Origin: a virus
Lineage: Duplodnaviria; Caudoviricetes
Strand: one strand, 5' to 3'
DNA: 26,842 nucleotides
Virus record (IMG/VR): IMGVR_UViG_3300033067_002099
Coordinates: 1-26,842 of that record
Shown here: in pieces, positions 1-8,352 of the stretch
How positions within the stretch are numbered: position 1 is the first letter of the stretch
Layout of the letters: each line of letters opens with the position of its first letter
Position numbers and translations under genes: made by a program
Notes under the pieces: generated by a model
Databases searched by the model: none
What the model saw: the letters and a program-made list of their open reading frames with translations, nothing else
What the model was told of the DNA's origin: nothing

Positions 1-758
1 ACGGCGCTGCCGTTGCTGATGAGCAGCCGCCGCGGACTGGCGATGTCCAAGTCCGCCAGCGCGTCGCCGTACACCCGATCCGCCTCGCCATCAACGGCGT
101 ACAGCGTGTCGGCACCAGCGTTGCCGGCGATGGTGTCGCTTCCGCTGCCGCCGATAACGCTGTCGTCGCCAACCGATCCAATGAGCGAGTCGTTGCCGCC
201 ACTGCCGTCAATGGTGTCGTTGCCTTCTTGACCTAGTAGCGAGTCGTTGCCGTCGCCACCGATGATCCAATCGTCTCCACCTTGCCCGCTCACGATGTCG
301 TTACCGTCTCCCGCGTCCACGGTATCGTTGCCCGCACCTGCCGAGATGTTGTCCCCACCGTCGCCGCTAATGATGCTGTCATCGCCGTTCTGTCCGATGA
401 TGTTGTCTCGCTGGTTGCTGCCGATAATGGTGTCGTTGCCGCTGCCACCGTCAACGCTCGTCTTGTAGGTCTGCGTCCCGTAGGTGAGGTTCACTCCGCT
501 CACGTCAATCACATCGTCACCGTCCGCACCGTAGACACGCACCTGCGAGGTGTTCGCCAGCGTCGGCACGCCACCAGTGATGTTGACTTGATTGCCTTTG
601 TTAGTGGCGATGATGTTACCGTATCCGTCGTCACTCACCACGATGTCATTCGCGGCCGTGTCGCCGAACACAGTGAGGATTCCTGCGGAGAACGTCCCAG
701 TAACGCTCGGCAGCGTGCGGGACGGCAGTGATTCGACAGCGGGAACGAATCGACGCAT
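1..758 (-). CDS. Hemolysin-type (RTX) Ca-binding repeat protein with planctomycete-like N-terminal motif; runs off the left edge
   Basis: ATG at 758 with AGGAGG RBS; MRRFVPAVESLPSRTLP... then many GxxGxD nonapeptides (GGSGNDTII, AGAGNDTVD, GGDGNDSLL, GQEGNDTID). Translated manually; missing from the ORF track because no stop lies in the window. Confidence 0.88.
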   Translation of the reverse strand, partial: MRRFVPAVESLPSRTLPSVTGTFSAGILTVFGDTAANDIVVSDDGYGNIIATNKGNQVNITGGVPTLANTSQVRVYGADGDDVIDVSGVNLTYGTQTYKTSVDGGSGNDTIIGSNQRDNIIGQNGDDSIISGDGGDNISAGAGNDTVDAGDGNDIVSGQGGDDWIIGGDGNDSLLGQEGNDTIDGSGGNDSLIGSVGDDSVIGGSGSDTIAGNAGADTLYAVDGEADRVYGDALADLDIASPRRLLISNGSA

Positions 759-779
759 GTAGCCTCCTGTCTGGAACTA

Positions 780-1136
780 TCACCGCGCCAGAGTCACAGC
801 CACCGCCGCCGACGGTGTGTCTCCGGTAATGTCGGCAGCCCAGCGGACATACCGCATCGTGGGCGTGAATGCGATCTTTTGGATGTCATTGGAGGACGAC
901 ACATCCGCGAATGTGGCTCCGCTGATGGCGCTCCAACTGGAGCCGTTCGCAGACTGCTGGAGAAGGCCAGCCACGGTAGTCCCCGCAAGCAGCGTTCCCA
1001 CCTGCTGAATTGCAAACCCCGGCCGGTTCGCGCCGAAGTCGATTGTTGGGCCTTCCATCGAATCGGTCAGCACCGCGGGACCGATGCCCGTAGCAACAAA
1101 CGCGATGGATGGTGCCGACCCCAATCGTCCACGCAT
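780..1136 (-). CDS. Small beta-rich putative virion/head-associated protein (118 aa)
   Basis: MRGRLGSAPS...LQQSANGSSWSAISGATF...MRYVR; in the structural operon; GAGG upstream of the ATG at 1136. Confidence 0.7.
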   Translation of the reverse strand: MRGRLGSAPSIAFVATGIGPAVLTDSMEGPTIDFGANRPGFAIQQVGTLLAGTTVAGLLQQSANGSSWSAISGATFADVSSSNDIQKIAFTPTMRYVRWAADITGDTPSAAVAVTLAR

Positions 1137-1149
1137 GGCTCGCCCCTCA

Positions 1150-1656
1150 TCACGCCGAGCCCAGGAGCCCGTTCCCAGCTGTGGCACCAGTGCGATCGAT
1201 GTCCAGCCGGAACAGCGTGCAGCCACACGCATCGAGCAGATAGAACGCCGGGGTATCGTTGGCCGGGCTGTGCTTCTGGCAGTCCACGCCGGCCGAACCC
1301 ATGCCACTGACGGGGTCGCTGAGTGTGTCGGCGAATCGCTCCGAGTCGGTCACATCGCCGCCGGAGACACCCACGAACGCCGAGAGAGTCGCCGAGCACT
1401 GGAGGAGGATCGTCGGCACCCACAACGAGTTAATGATGCTCCAGCCGATAAGTCGAGCGTCGAACGTGTCGTTGTCGTTGCCGGTGCCGAACAGCAAGAG
1501 CTTCAGCCACGATGGCGGGTTGCTGCAGAAATCGAGCACGCCAGCACCCGATGGCTTTGTGGCCGTCGCCGCTGGCGCGGTAAAACTCGTGGCTGTGCTG
1601 TTGGCCGTATGCGCCCGCTGGAGTGGCGCACCGGGAGAGCCGATGTACGTGCGCAT
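1150..1656 (-). CDS. Putative virion structural protein (168 aa)
   Basis: GAGG RBS, Thr/Ser/Gly-rich beta-type sequence, co-oriented with the capsid gene. Confidence 0.72.
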   Translation of the reverse strand: MRTYIGSPGAPLQRAHTANSTATSFTAPAATATKPSGAGVLDFCSNPPSWLKLLLFGTGNDNDTFDARLIGWSIINSLWVPTILLQCSATLSAFVGVSGGDVTDSERFADTLSDPVSGMGSAGVDCQKHSPANDTPAFYLLDACGCTLFRLDIDRTGATAGNGLLGSA

Positions 1657-1668
1657 GGCCGTTTCCTC

Positions 1669-1701
1669 AAATGCAAACGGCCAGCCCGGATAGGCTGGCC
1701 G
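1669..1701 (-). terminator. Hairpin / weak intrinsic terminator
   Basis: CGGCCAGCC (1678-1686) pairs with GGCTGGCCG (1693-1701), followed on the minus strand by TTTGCATTT. Confidence 0.4.
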
Positions 1702-1722
1702 GGAACGTCAACCGGGCAGGGC

Positions 1723-2212
1723 TCACACCAGGCCGGTGATGAGGTTCGACGGGATGGCGATGAACGACAACTGTGCGAACCCGACCACGGCGATCGAGCC
1801 GCCCCAGTAGCCGACTACCATCGCCGGCCCCACGATGAACGGCGCGGGGTCGGGGGCGTACTTGAGGTTGAGGTCCATCAGGTTCACGGTCGCGGCCGTA
1901 CCCTGCACGTCGGTCAGCTTCGTGGCGCGGGCAAGTTCCTGCCAGCCGGCTGCGGCCGGATCGGTCATGTCCGCCGTGAACGCCTGAGCGCAGGGGCAAG
2001 GGCAGCCCGAGGCCGCGTTCGTCCGCGGCGAGCACGGCATGGGCGATGCGGCGCGCCGTTCCACCGTTGCGGAGCACGGTCACGACGAGCGTTTCGTCGT
2101 CGTCGCCCGTGTTGCAGAATGTCGCCGTCACCGGGCCGGGAACGCCGGTCAGCAGAGCGGTCGCGGTTGCCGCGACCTGTCCGTCCGCAAGTGTTGGGTT
2201 CGACGCTGGCAT
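1723..2212 (-). pseudogene. Apparent frameshifted or fused structural gene(s)
   Basis: MPASNPTLADGQV...HAVLAADE (from 2212) is protein-like until ~2015, then degenerates; a different frame (...CPCAQAFTADMTD...SNLITGLV*, stop 1723) is protein-like from ~2015 but has no good start. Confidence 0.55.
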
Positions 2213-2304
2213 GAATCCCTCGCATTCGCAATCGGAGACTGTGGAGTTGCACCACACCTTCCCGGGTTATGAGCCCAGAACGGCCTACGCCGCCTCCGCC
2301 GTCG

Positions 2305-3486
2305 TCACATCACGCGCGCCCAGGCAATCCCCTTCGGGATGTTCAATTCCAGCCCGACACGCTGAAGGTTGTGCAGCTCGAACCGCGCCGGATCCGCCTT
2401 CTCCATGATCCAGGCGTAGAAGCCGGTGCGTTCGACCGCCGGTGCGATGTCGTTGTCCTTGACGATCTCCGAGCCTTCGACCATCTGGAACCACGTATTG
2501 TCCGGCTCGATCATGAAGGTTGCGTAGCTGTCCGCGAGCATCTTCGTGTTGGCGAACGTCGTGGCGTCGGTCGTGGCGACGCGGAGCTGGCCGTCGTAAA
2601 CGATCCAGGTGTAATACGGCAGCCCTTTCAGCGTGAACGTCCGCACGCCCGCATCCGTACCGTCTGGATTCTTGAACGGCATCGTCTCCATCGTGGCGAA
2701 CGGCGTGTTCGACGTGCCGGCGAGCTGCCGCACCTTGTCGTTCTGGAGCACGTAGTTCTTGAGCGTGCTGTTGATGAAGATGTAGCGCAGCGGCTGTCCG
2801 ACCGCGCCCACGAAGCCGCCGGAGATGGCGTCGAGTTGCTGCGGAATATCCGTCCCCGCCGTGGCCCAGGTCGCGGTGACGATGTTCGAGCCGGTGTCCA
2901 TCGGCAGACCGGCAGCGAACGAACCACCGGTCAGGATGAAGTTCGAGTTCATCCGATGATCGACCGAGATGTACGTCCCGCTCCGTGCCAGCGTCGGCAC
3001 CAGATCGTCACCGCTGATGTAGAAGCCGTAGATGCCGCCATTGAACAGCGCGCCGGCGGTCACGAACTCGCGCAGGTTCTCCGATCGCTGCCGCAGCGTC
3101 ATCGCCTGCTTCTCGATGTAGACCCGGCCGCGGATGTCGTGAGTGCCGGCGTTCTCGCCGAGCACGCGGATATGGTTGACCAGTTCGTAATCGAGCCCCA
3201 GCTTCTCGGCCGAGCGGGCGAGAGTCACCTGCACGTTGCCGAGCGGGTTCGCCGTGACGCTGCCGGACGGCGCGCCGGGCAGACGTCCGCGGGCCACGTC
3301 GCGGACGTGGTCGTAAATGTCGTAGGTGTAGGTGTTTCCCTGCACCTGAAAGACGTTCTTGCCGCCGATCTCGAAGCCGAAGAACCGGCTCAAGAAGTTG
3401 GCGGACGGCCGCAGCCGCGACACGATCTTCGTGACGACGGAGGGAGTCAACAGGCTGAGAACGTCGCTGGCCACGGCAGGCTCCAT
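2305..3486 (-). CDS. Major capsid protein (HK97-fold, lambda gpE-like)
   Basis: 393 aa, directly after protease and decoration genes; gpE-like features (FLSRFF, YDIYD, W...TDIPQQLD). The start could be the GTG at 3474. Confidence 0.82.
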   Translation of the reverse strand: MEPAVASDVLSLLTPSVVTKIVSRLRPSANFLSRFFGFEIGGKNVFQVQGNTYTYDIYDHVRDVARGRLPGAPSGSVTANPLGNVQVTLARSAEKLGLDYELVNHIRVLGENAGTHDIRGRVYIEKQAMTLRQRSENLREFVTAGALFNGGIYGFYISGDDLVPTLARSGTYISVDHRMNSNFILTGGSFAAGLPMDTGSNIVTATWATAGTDIPQQLDAISGGFVGAVGQPLRYIFINSTLKNYVLQNDKVRQLAGTSNTPFATMETMPFKNPDGTDAGVRTFTLKGLPYYTWIVYDGQLRVATTDATTFANTKMLADSYATFMIEPDNTWFQMVEGSEIVKDNDIAPAVERTGFYAWIMEKADPARFELHNLQRVGLELNIPKGIAWARVM

Positions 3487-3532
3487 CCAGGGTCAAGGGG
3501 CAAATCCGTTCGCGGGCGTCGAGCCGCCAGGC

Positions 3533-4294
3533 TCACGCGACCGTCATCGTGTTGGCACCGTGCGGGACCGCGACGTACTTCGAGGCGTCGTGGTTCATGA
3601 TGATCTCGACGGACGCGCCGATCTTGTTGCCGGCCGTCGAGAACGCCACACTCGTGGCCGTCGCGTTGTTGAACGTGATGAGCTTGTTCGCCGGGGCTGT
3701 CACCGTGAGGTTGGCGTCGGCCTGCATCGTGAAGCGGAAGCGGTAGCCACGGCCCGCGGCGATGGCGGGCAGCGTGAAGTTGACGGCGGCCGTGGCGAAG
3801 AAGTGCGTGCCGTTGTCCGTGGCGAGCACGGTGTAGTCGGCCGCCTTTGTGACCAGTTTCCACAACTGGTGCGGGAACCGCAGGTCGTCGAAGATGATCC
3901 GGTTGCCGAGCCGCACCCGGGCGTATTCGTCGAAGTTGTAAAGGTTGTTGACCTTCACATGGCCGGCGTACACCATCTCGCCGGCCTTGTCACGCACCGC
4001 ACCGGCGCGCGGGTCGTACATGTTGACCGTCTTGTACAGGACGCCGACCGGCTCCTGCTGGCCGTTGGTTTCGGTCGGGTCGTAGTCGGCGTAGGCTCCG
4101 GTCGAGGTGATGATGCCGAGGATGAGGCCGCGCCGCAGCGTGGTCGTCGGCGTGTTGCCGGAGTCCACGGCAGACGAGTCGAGTTTTACACCCCGCGTCA
4201 CATAGGTGCCGTTGGGGCCGAACAGGAACTCGTTCTCGACCGTCTCCACGGAGGCGTCGACGCCGGGCAGGTTTTGCAGGTATCCCAGAGACAT
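3533..4294 (-). CDS. Head decoration protein with C-terminal beta domain
   Basis: LRRGLILGIIT..GAYADYDP..TNGQQEPVGVL is typical of decoration proteins; C-terminal VTKAADYTVLATDNG..FTLPA; AAGGAG RBS. Confidence 0.78.
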   Translation of the reverse strand: MSLGYLQNLPGVDASVETVENEFLFGPNGTYVTRGVKLDSSAVDSGNTPTTTLRRGLILGIITSTGAYADYDPTETNGQQEPVGVLYKTVNMYDPRAGAVRDKAGEMVYAGHVKVNNLYNFDEYARVRLGNRIIFDDLRFPHQLWKLVTKAADYTVLATDNGTHFFATAAVNFTLPAIAAGRGYRFRFTMQADANLTVTAPANKLITFNNATATSVAFSTAGNKIGASVEIIMNHDASKYVAVPHGANTMTVA

Positions 4295-4358
4295 CACCGA
4301 CTCCTTCAGGGGCTACCGAAACGGTGTGCGTGCAGTGTGGGGGCTACGGGCCCGCGGC

Positions 4359-5648
4359 TCAGCGGCGACCGGTCTTCTCGAAGGCGCTGACGACGGCATC
4401 GACATCCAGTTCGCCGTCTTCCTGGTACTTGCTGGGCGTCGCGGGCTTGGCGTTGCTGCGCTGCGACAGCTTCAACCTGCCACGTCGTCCCGGCACCGGA
4501 GCAGCCGAGCCCGCCGCCAGTTCCTCGCGAGCCTCGATGCGGGTGAGGAGCGGGCTGTCAGCCACCTTGCCGGCGGCAGTGAACGAGAGCTGAATCTTGT
4601 CTGCCTCGGCGATGAGTTCGCGGGCTTTCGCGGGCGTGACGCGACCCGTTCGTTCCAGCCGGGCGATGCGAGCCTTGAGGTTCGCTCGTGCGTAGCCGGC
4701 AGCTTCGTCCTGTTGCACCTTGAGCGCCTTCGCGGCCTGCTGGCTCATCTGGATCGGCTGCGGTGGTTCCGTTGCACCCGGCGGCGGCGCGTCCATGTCG
4801 CCCTGCTGCTCCTCGTTCTCAGGCGGAAGCTCCTCGTCCATGTCCGGCTCGTCCTCGCCGTTCATGCAGGCCACCTCGATCAGGTCCGCCAGGTGGTCGG
4901 CGTCCTTGATGTTCGAGCCGTCGCCGATCTTGACCCCACAGCCGGCGAGCGCCTCCGCGATGCGGGCCCAGGCGCTGTTCTTCTTGCCGCCCGTGTCGGT
5001 GTCGGTGTCGGCGGGCGTTTCCAGGTCCAGATCGTCAGCCACGGCTCGACCCTCGTAGTGGTTCAGCGACAGCCTGAGTCTGGGGGCTACGGGAATTGCG
5101 CTCGCCGAACGCGTGCGATGCGCCGGCGCGCATTCGCGGATCATTGCGGCGAGCGATAGTCGGATCGGCTGCCCCACGGCGTCCTGATGCCTCTGCACCG
5201 GGCGTGGGGTTGCGGCGATGTGTGTGATGGTGGGCCCGTGCCACGTCTTGCCGTCGCTATCGGTCCAGTCCCAGGCGATTTCCGGCGAGACGTACCGCAC
5301 CTTCTGGAACTGCTTCAGGTCGGCCTCGTCGTCGCCGGCGAGCCGCACGCGGAGCCGTCCGTCGCGCTGTACGAGCCCCTTCGCAAACCCGAAGACGCCG
5401 CGGGCGAAGTCGCGGTCGCGCTCGGCCTGCGAGAGTCGCACCTCGGCGGCGCGGCCCTTCGTCGGCTCGACGGGCTGATGCTCCCAGGCGAGCGGGATCT
5501 CCCAGCGTTCGGCGATCTTGGCGTTGCCGGTGCGTTCGATGCGGGCGAGATCGTCGGCGGTGAACGTGTAGCTCCGCGGCCGCCCGTCGGGGCCAGCGAC
5601 CACGACGCGACCGGGATAGAGCACGTCCTTTTCGACTTCCCACGCCAT
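4359..5648 (-). CDS. Mu gpI-like prohead protease with C-terminal scaffold (429 aa)
   Basis: Motifs IPLAWEH, RYVSPEI, HIAATPRP; acidic/helical C-terminal half; lies upstream of decoration and capsid genes. Confidence 0.82.
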   Translation of the reverse strand: MAWEVEKDVLYPGRVVVAGPDGRPRSYTFTADDLARIERTGNAKIAERWEIPLAWEHQPVEPTKGRAAEVRLSQAERDRDFARGVFGFAKGLVQRDGRLRVRLAGDDEADLKQFQKVRYVSPEIAWDWTDSDGKTWHGPTITHIAATPRPVQRHQDAVGQPIRLSLAAMIRECAPAHRTRSASAIPVAPRLRLSLNHYEGRAVADDLDLETPADTDTDTGGKKNSAWARIAEALAGCGVKIGDGSNIKDADHLADLIEVACMNGEDEPDMDEELPPENEEQQGDMDAPPPGATEPPQPIQMSQQAAKALKVQQDEAAGYARANLKARIARLERTGRVTPAKARELIAEADKIQLSFTAAGKVADSPLLTRIEAREELAAGSAAPVPGRRGRLKLSQRSNAKPATPSKYQEDGELDVDAVVSAFEKTGRR

Positions 5649-5669
5649 GCGTGTAGGATGGGGCCTACC

Positions 5670-5687
5670 GGTGCGTGCGCACGCACC
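5670..5687. repeat. Palindrome copy 1: G-GTGCGTGCGCACGCAC-C
   Basis: Perfect 18-bp palindrome in the 64-bp divergent gap between the protease gene and the 5713 ORF. Confidence 0.9.
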
Positions 5688-5712
5688 TCGGGGAATGGGG
5701 AGGGCGGGGAGC

Positions 5713-5970
5713 ATGGCGGAGCGAGTCGAGTTGCCGGTGCGGTCTACGTTGTCCGGCGTAGAGATTCGCGTCGAGAAGATGCTCGCCGGCTGCAAGTACG
5801 CGATTCAGTGTGGCGTCGGTCCCATCTACGTCAGCCCGGCGATGTACGATTTGCTGATTCACGCGGATGCCGACGAGTTGGAGCGGCTGTTGAAGGCGAT
5901 TCACGTCAGGCGTATACCGGCGATGCCGACGCTGCGGGAGCTGGGCAGCTTCATGCTGACGCGACCGTAG
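5713..5970 (+). CDS. Hypothetical protein (85 aa)
   Basis: GGGGAG before the ATG at 5713; MAERVELPVRS... has a natural composition. Confidence 0.65.
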   Translation: MAERVELPVRSTLSGVEIRVEKMLAGCKYAIQCGVGPIYVSPAMYDLLIHADADELERLLKAIHVRRIPAMPTLRELGSFMLTRP

Positions 5971-6027
5971 ATTCCGCTGCCGACCGGGTAGCCCCGACAA
6001 TCGACCCTCACACACGGGGGTCACGTC

Positions 6028-7263
6028 ATGGCAGTCGTCTACTGGGTCGGGAAGCAGCGGAAGCTCGCCAAACAGGCCACTCTGTCGATCGGCACCGCAT
6101 CCACCGGCGGCACCATCACACTCACGTTCGGCAACTCGAAGACGGTCGTCATCACCCCCACGACCACGAACACCACGACGACGGCCGAGGAGTTACTCGC
6201 TGCGATCCAGGCCGCGACCGATGGAGAAATCACTGAACTGACTGTCACGCAAAGCGGTGCGGTCCTCACCTTCGTCGGGCCGGACGACGGTGCCCCGTTC
6301 ACGCTCTCGAAGACGGACGGCGGCGCAAACTCCCCGACGCTCACGACGACGGTGAACCCGAAAAGCCCCTACGACGCCAACGACGTGCTGAACTACTCCC
6401 CGGGCGCGTTGCCGGTCGATACCACGGATTCGCTGGTATTCGAGAACAACGACATCGACTGCAAGTACAATGTCGATGCCCTCACCGCCATCGAACTGGC
6501 GTCTCCCGGCCTCACCCGCCGAGCGACCTACACCGGCCGATGGGGATTGCCGCCTGTCAACGCGGCCGGCTATCCGGAGTACCGGGCGCAGGAACTGGAG
6601 ATCAAGGCACAGACGGTGCTCGTCGAGGGCAACCGCGGCGACTACGCCGGACAGTTCCGCCTCAAGAGTAAGTGGACCGGAAGCGCCGCAACCATCACCA
6701 TCAACGGTGAGCAAGGGCCGGTGAACGTCGGTTCGGAAGTGGTTGAGATTACCGGGCTTCCCGCGTCCAGCGTTGTGCAGTTCGTTAGCTCGTCGGTGGC
6801 ACTCGCACCGAACCAGAGCCAGACGTGTACAGCACTGACCGTGAAGGGAAACAACGGCACGCTGCGGGTTGGCCCCAGCGCCACGCTCAGCGGAACTGTG
6901 AATCTGGTGGGATGCACCGCACTCATCAAAGCGAGCTGGACGACAAGCCTCACCGCAATCGGGCAGACCTATTGCGAAGCGGGCGGCGCGGCGGCAGGAC
7001 CGCTGGTGATCGAGCAGGGAACGGTGGCGTGGAAAAGCACCGGGAACCCGGGGTCGACCGTCACCATCGGATCGGGCGGCACGCTCGACATGACCAATGC
7101 GCCGGCCACGGTGAGCATCGGCAGCACGATCCAGATGTATTCGGGGTCGCAGATGCTAGACCCGGCTGGCCGCGCCGGGAACTTCGTGTTCAAGTTGAAT
7201 CACTGCACATTGCAAGAAGTGAACATCGTCGTGCCGGACGATAAGACGTTCACGCTGAGCTAG
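6028..7263 (+). CDS. Thr/Gly-rich beta-structured protein, likely virion/surface (411 aa)
   Basis: Long ORF with natural composition; repetitive beta-strand C-terminus (GTLRVG, GTVNLVG, GGTLDMT); opposite strand to flanking structural genes. Confidence 0.85.
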   Translation: MAVVYWVGKQRKLAKQATLSIGTASTGGTITLTFGNSKTVVITPTTTNTTTTAEELLAAIQAATDGEITELTVTQSGAVLTFVGPDDGAPFTLSKTDGGANSPTLTTTVNPKSPYDANDVLNYSPGALPVDTTDSLVFENNDIDCKYNVDALTAIELASPGLTRRATYTGRWGLPPVNAAGYPEYRAQELEIKAQTVLVEGNRGDYAGQFRLKSKWTGSAATITINGEQGPVNVGSEVVEITGLPASSVVQFVSSSVALAPNQSQTCTALTVKGNNGTLRVGPSATLSGTVNLVGCTALIKASWTTSLTAIGQTYCEAGGAAAGPLVIEQGTVAWKSTGNPGSTVTIGSGGTLDMTNAPATVSIGSTIQMYSGSQMLDPAGRAGNFVFKLNHCTLQEVNIVVPDDKTFTLS

Positions 7264-7484
7264 TCCGGTTCGCTCCACAATGCCGGCCGCGTCTCCTGGC
7301 CGCACCGGCAAGTCACCTTGAAGTCATCGTAGACGTGCTGGTCGCCGGCGCATTTCGCCACGAAATCGCAGCAGCCCGGCTCCGAGCACGGCATCCCTGG
7401 TCCGGGGCAATCGTCGTGTGGCCACGGCTTGTCGGGATGCTTTTCGCAGACCCATCCGTCACAGCACCGTTGGCACGCCGTCAC
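7260..7484 (-). CDS. Small Cys-rich protein (74 aa)
   Basis: GTG overlaps the upstream stop; CQRCCDGWVCEKHP...CPGPGMPC; its stop overlaps the convergent gene's stop in CTAG. Confidence 0.6.
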   Translation of the reverse strand: MTACQRCCDGWVCEKHPDKPWPHDDCPGPGMPCSEPGCCDFVAKCAGDQHVYDDFKVTCRCGQETRPALWSEPD

Positions 7485-7948
7485 TTCGGCTTCTTCCACT
7501 TCCCACCGCCTTTCGCCGCGTCTGCGATGCCTTCCGCGGCTCCCTGTGCCATCGCCGCAGCGTCGCCAGCCGTTTCTAGCTCGGCGACGCGGGTTAGCAG
7601 CCTTTCGACCGCAGGCTGAAGTTCCTTGTAGATGGACGCTCCAGGCGTAATGCCGAGAACTTTTGCGACCGCTTGCAAGTCGCACTGGCCGACCGCTTCC
7701 ATCTCCTCCATTTTCCACGCCGCCAGACGATCCCGCTCGCCTTCGAGCCACCGCACGTACGCGAGCACCGCGGCCTCATCGTCGGTGAGGAACTCGCCGT
7801 GCGGGTTGTCGGGCCGCACCTTGTACGGCCGCGTGCGGTCGCCCATCCCGAAGGGGGCGTCCACCGTGGCGTAGGGCATGGCTGGTGCGCTGCCCGGAGG
7901 TGCGTGCGCACGCACTGAAACCGGTTCAAGTGTTGCCGGGGACGACAT
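7481..7948 (-). CDS. Hypothetical phage protein (155 aa)
   Basis: GGAGG-like RBS (GAAGAGGA); MSSPATLEPVSVRAHAPPG...; helical C-terminus. Confidence 0.7.
   Translation of the reverse strand: MSSPATLEPVSVRAHAPPGSAPAMPYATVDAPFGMGDRTRPYKVRPDNPHGEFLTDDEAAVLAYVRWLEGERDRLAAWKMEEMEAVGQCDLQAVAKVLGITPGASIYKELQPAVERLLTRVAELETAGDAAAMAQGAAEGIADAAKGGGKWKKPK
7900..7915. repeat. Palindrome copy 2 (intragenic; encodes VRAHA)
   Basis: GTGCGTGCGCACGCAC preceded by CCCGGAG. Confidence 0.9.
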
Positions 7949-8351
7949 GGGGCTGGTCCTCTTCCGTGGGGGCGATGCTGTATCCCATAGCCTTTGCTGC
8001 TTCCGCGACCTTTCGCAGGTCGGCCTTGATGTCTCGCGGTTTGCTGTCCCACGAAGCGGTGACGAGCGAGCCCGGTTCGGCAGACGCGGCAAACGGTGTC
8101 GAAGGCGTCTTTTGCAGCCGCTCGACGGCCCGCTCCGTCAGTGCCTCATTCGTCGCTGCCAGATGCACCGCGAGCGACGTCAACATCCGTTCGACGCTCA
8201 GGAACGCGCCCTGCCGCCAAGCCTTCAGGTGAAAGTTCACGAGCCCGTTGTGCTGGCCGATGCGCTCGAGGTCCGCGAACGTGGCGGAGCCGTTGGGGAT
8301 CATGTCGGCAGCGGGCCGCGGCAGGCATTTGGTGTAGTCGATGCTGGCCAT
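7926..8351 (-). CDS. Hypothetical phage protein (141 aa)
   Basis: GGAGG RBS, ATG 1 nt after the TerL stop. Confidence 0.7.
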   Translation of the reverse strand: MASIDYTKCLPRPAADMIPNGSATFADLERIGQHNGLVNFHLKAWRQGAFLSVERMLTSLAVHLAATNEALTERAVERLQKTPSTPFAASAEPGSLVTASWDSKPRDIKADLRKVAEAAKAMGYSIAPTEEDQPHVVPGNT

Positions 8352-8352
8352 C

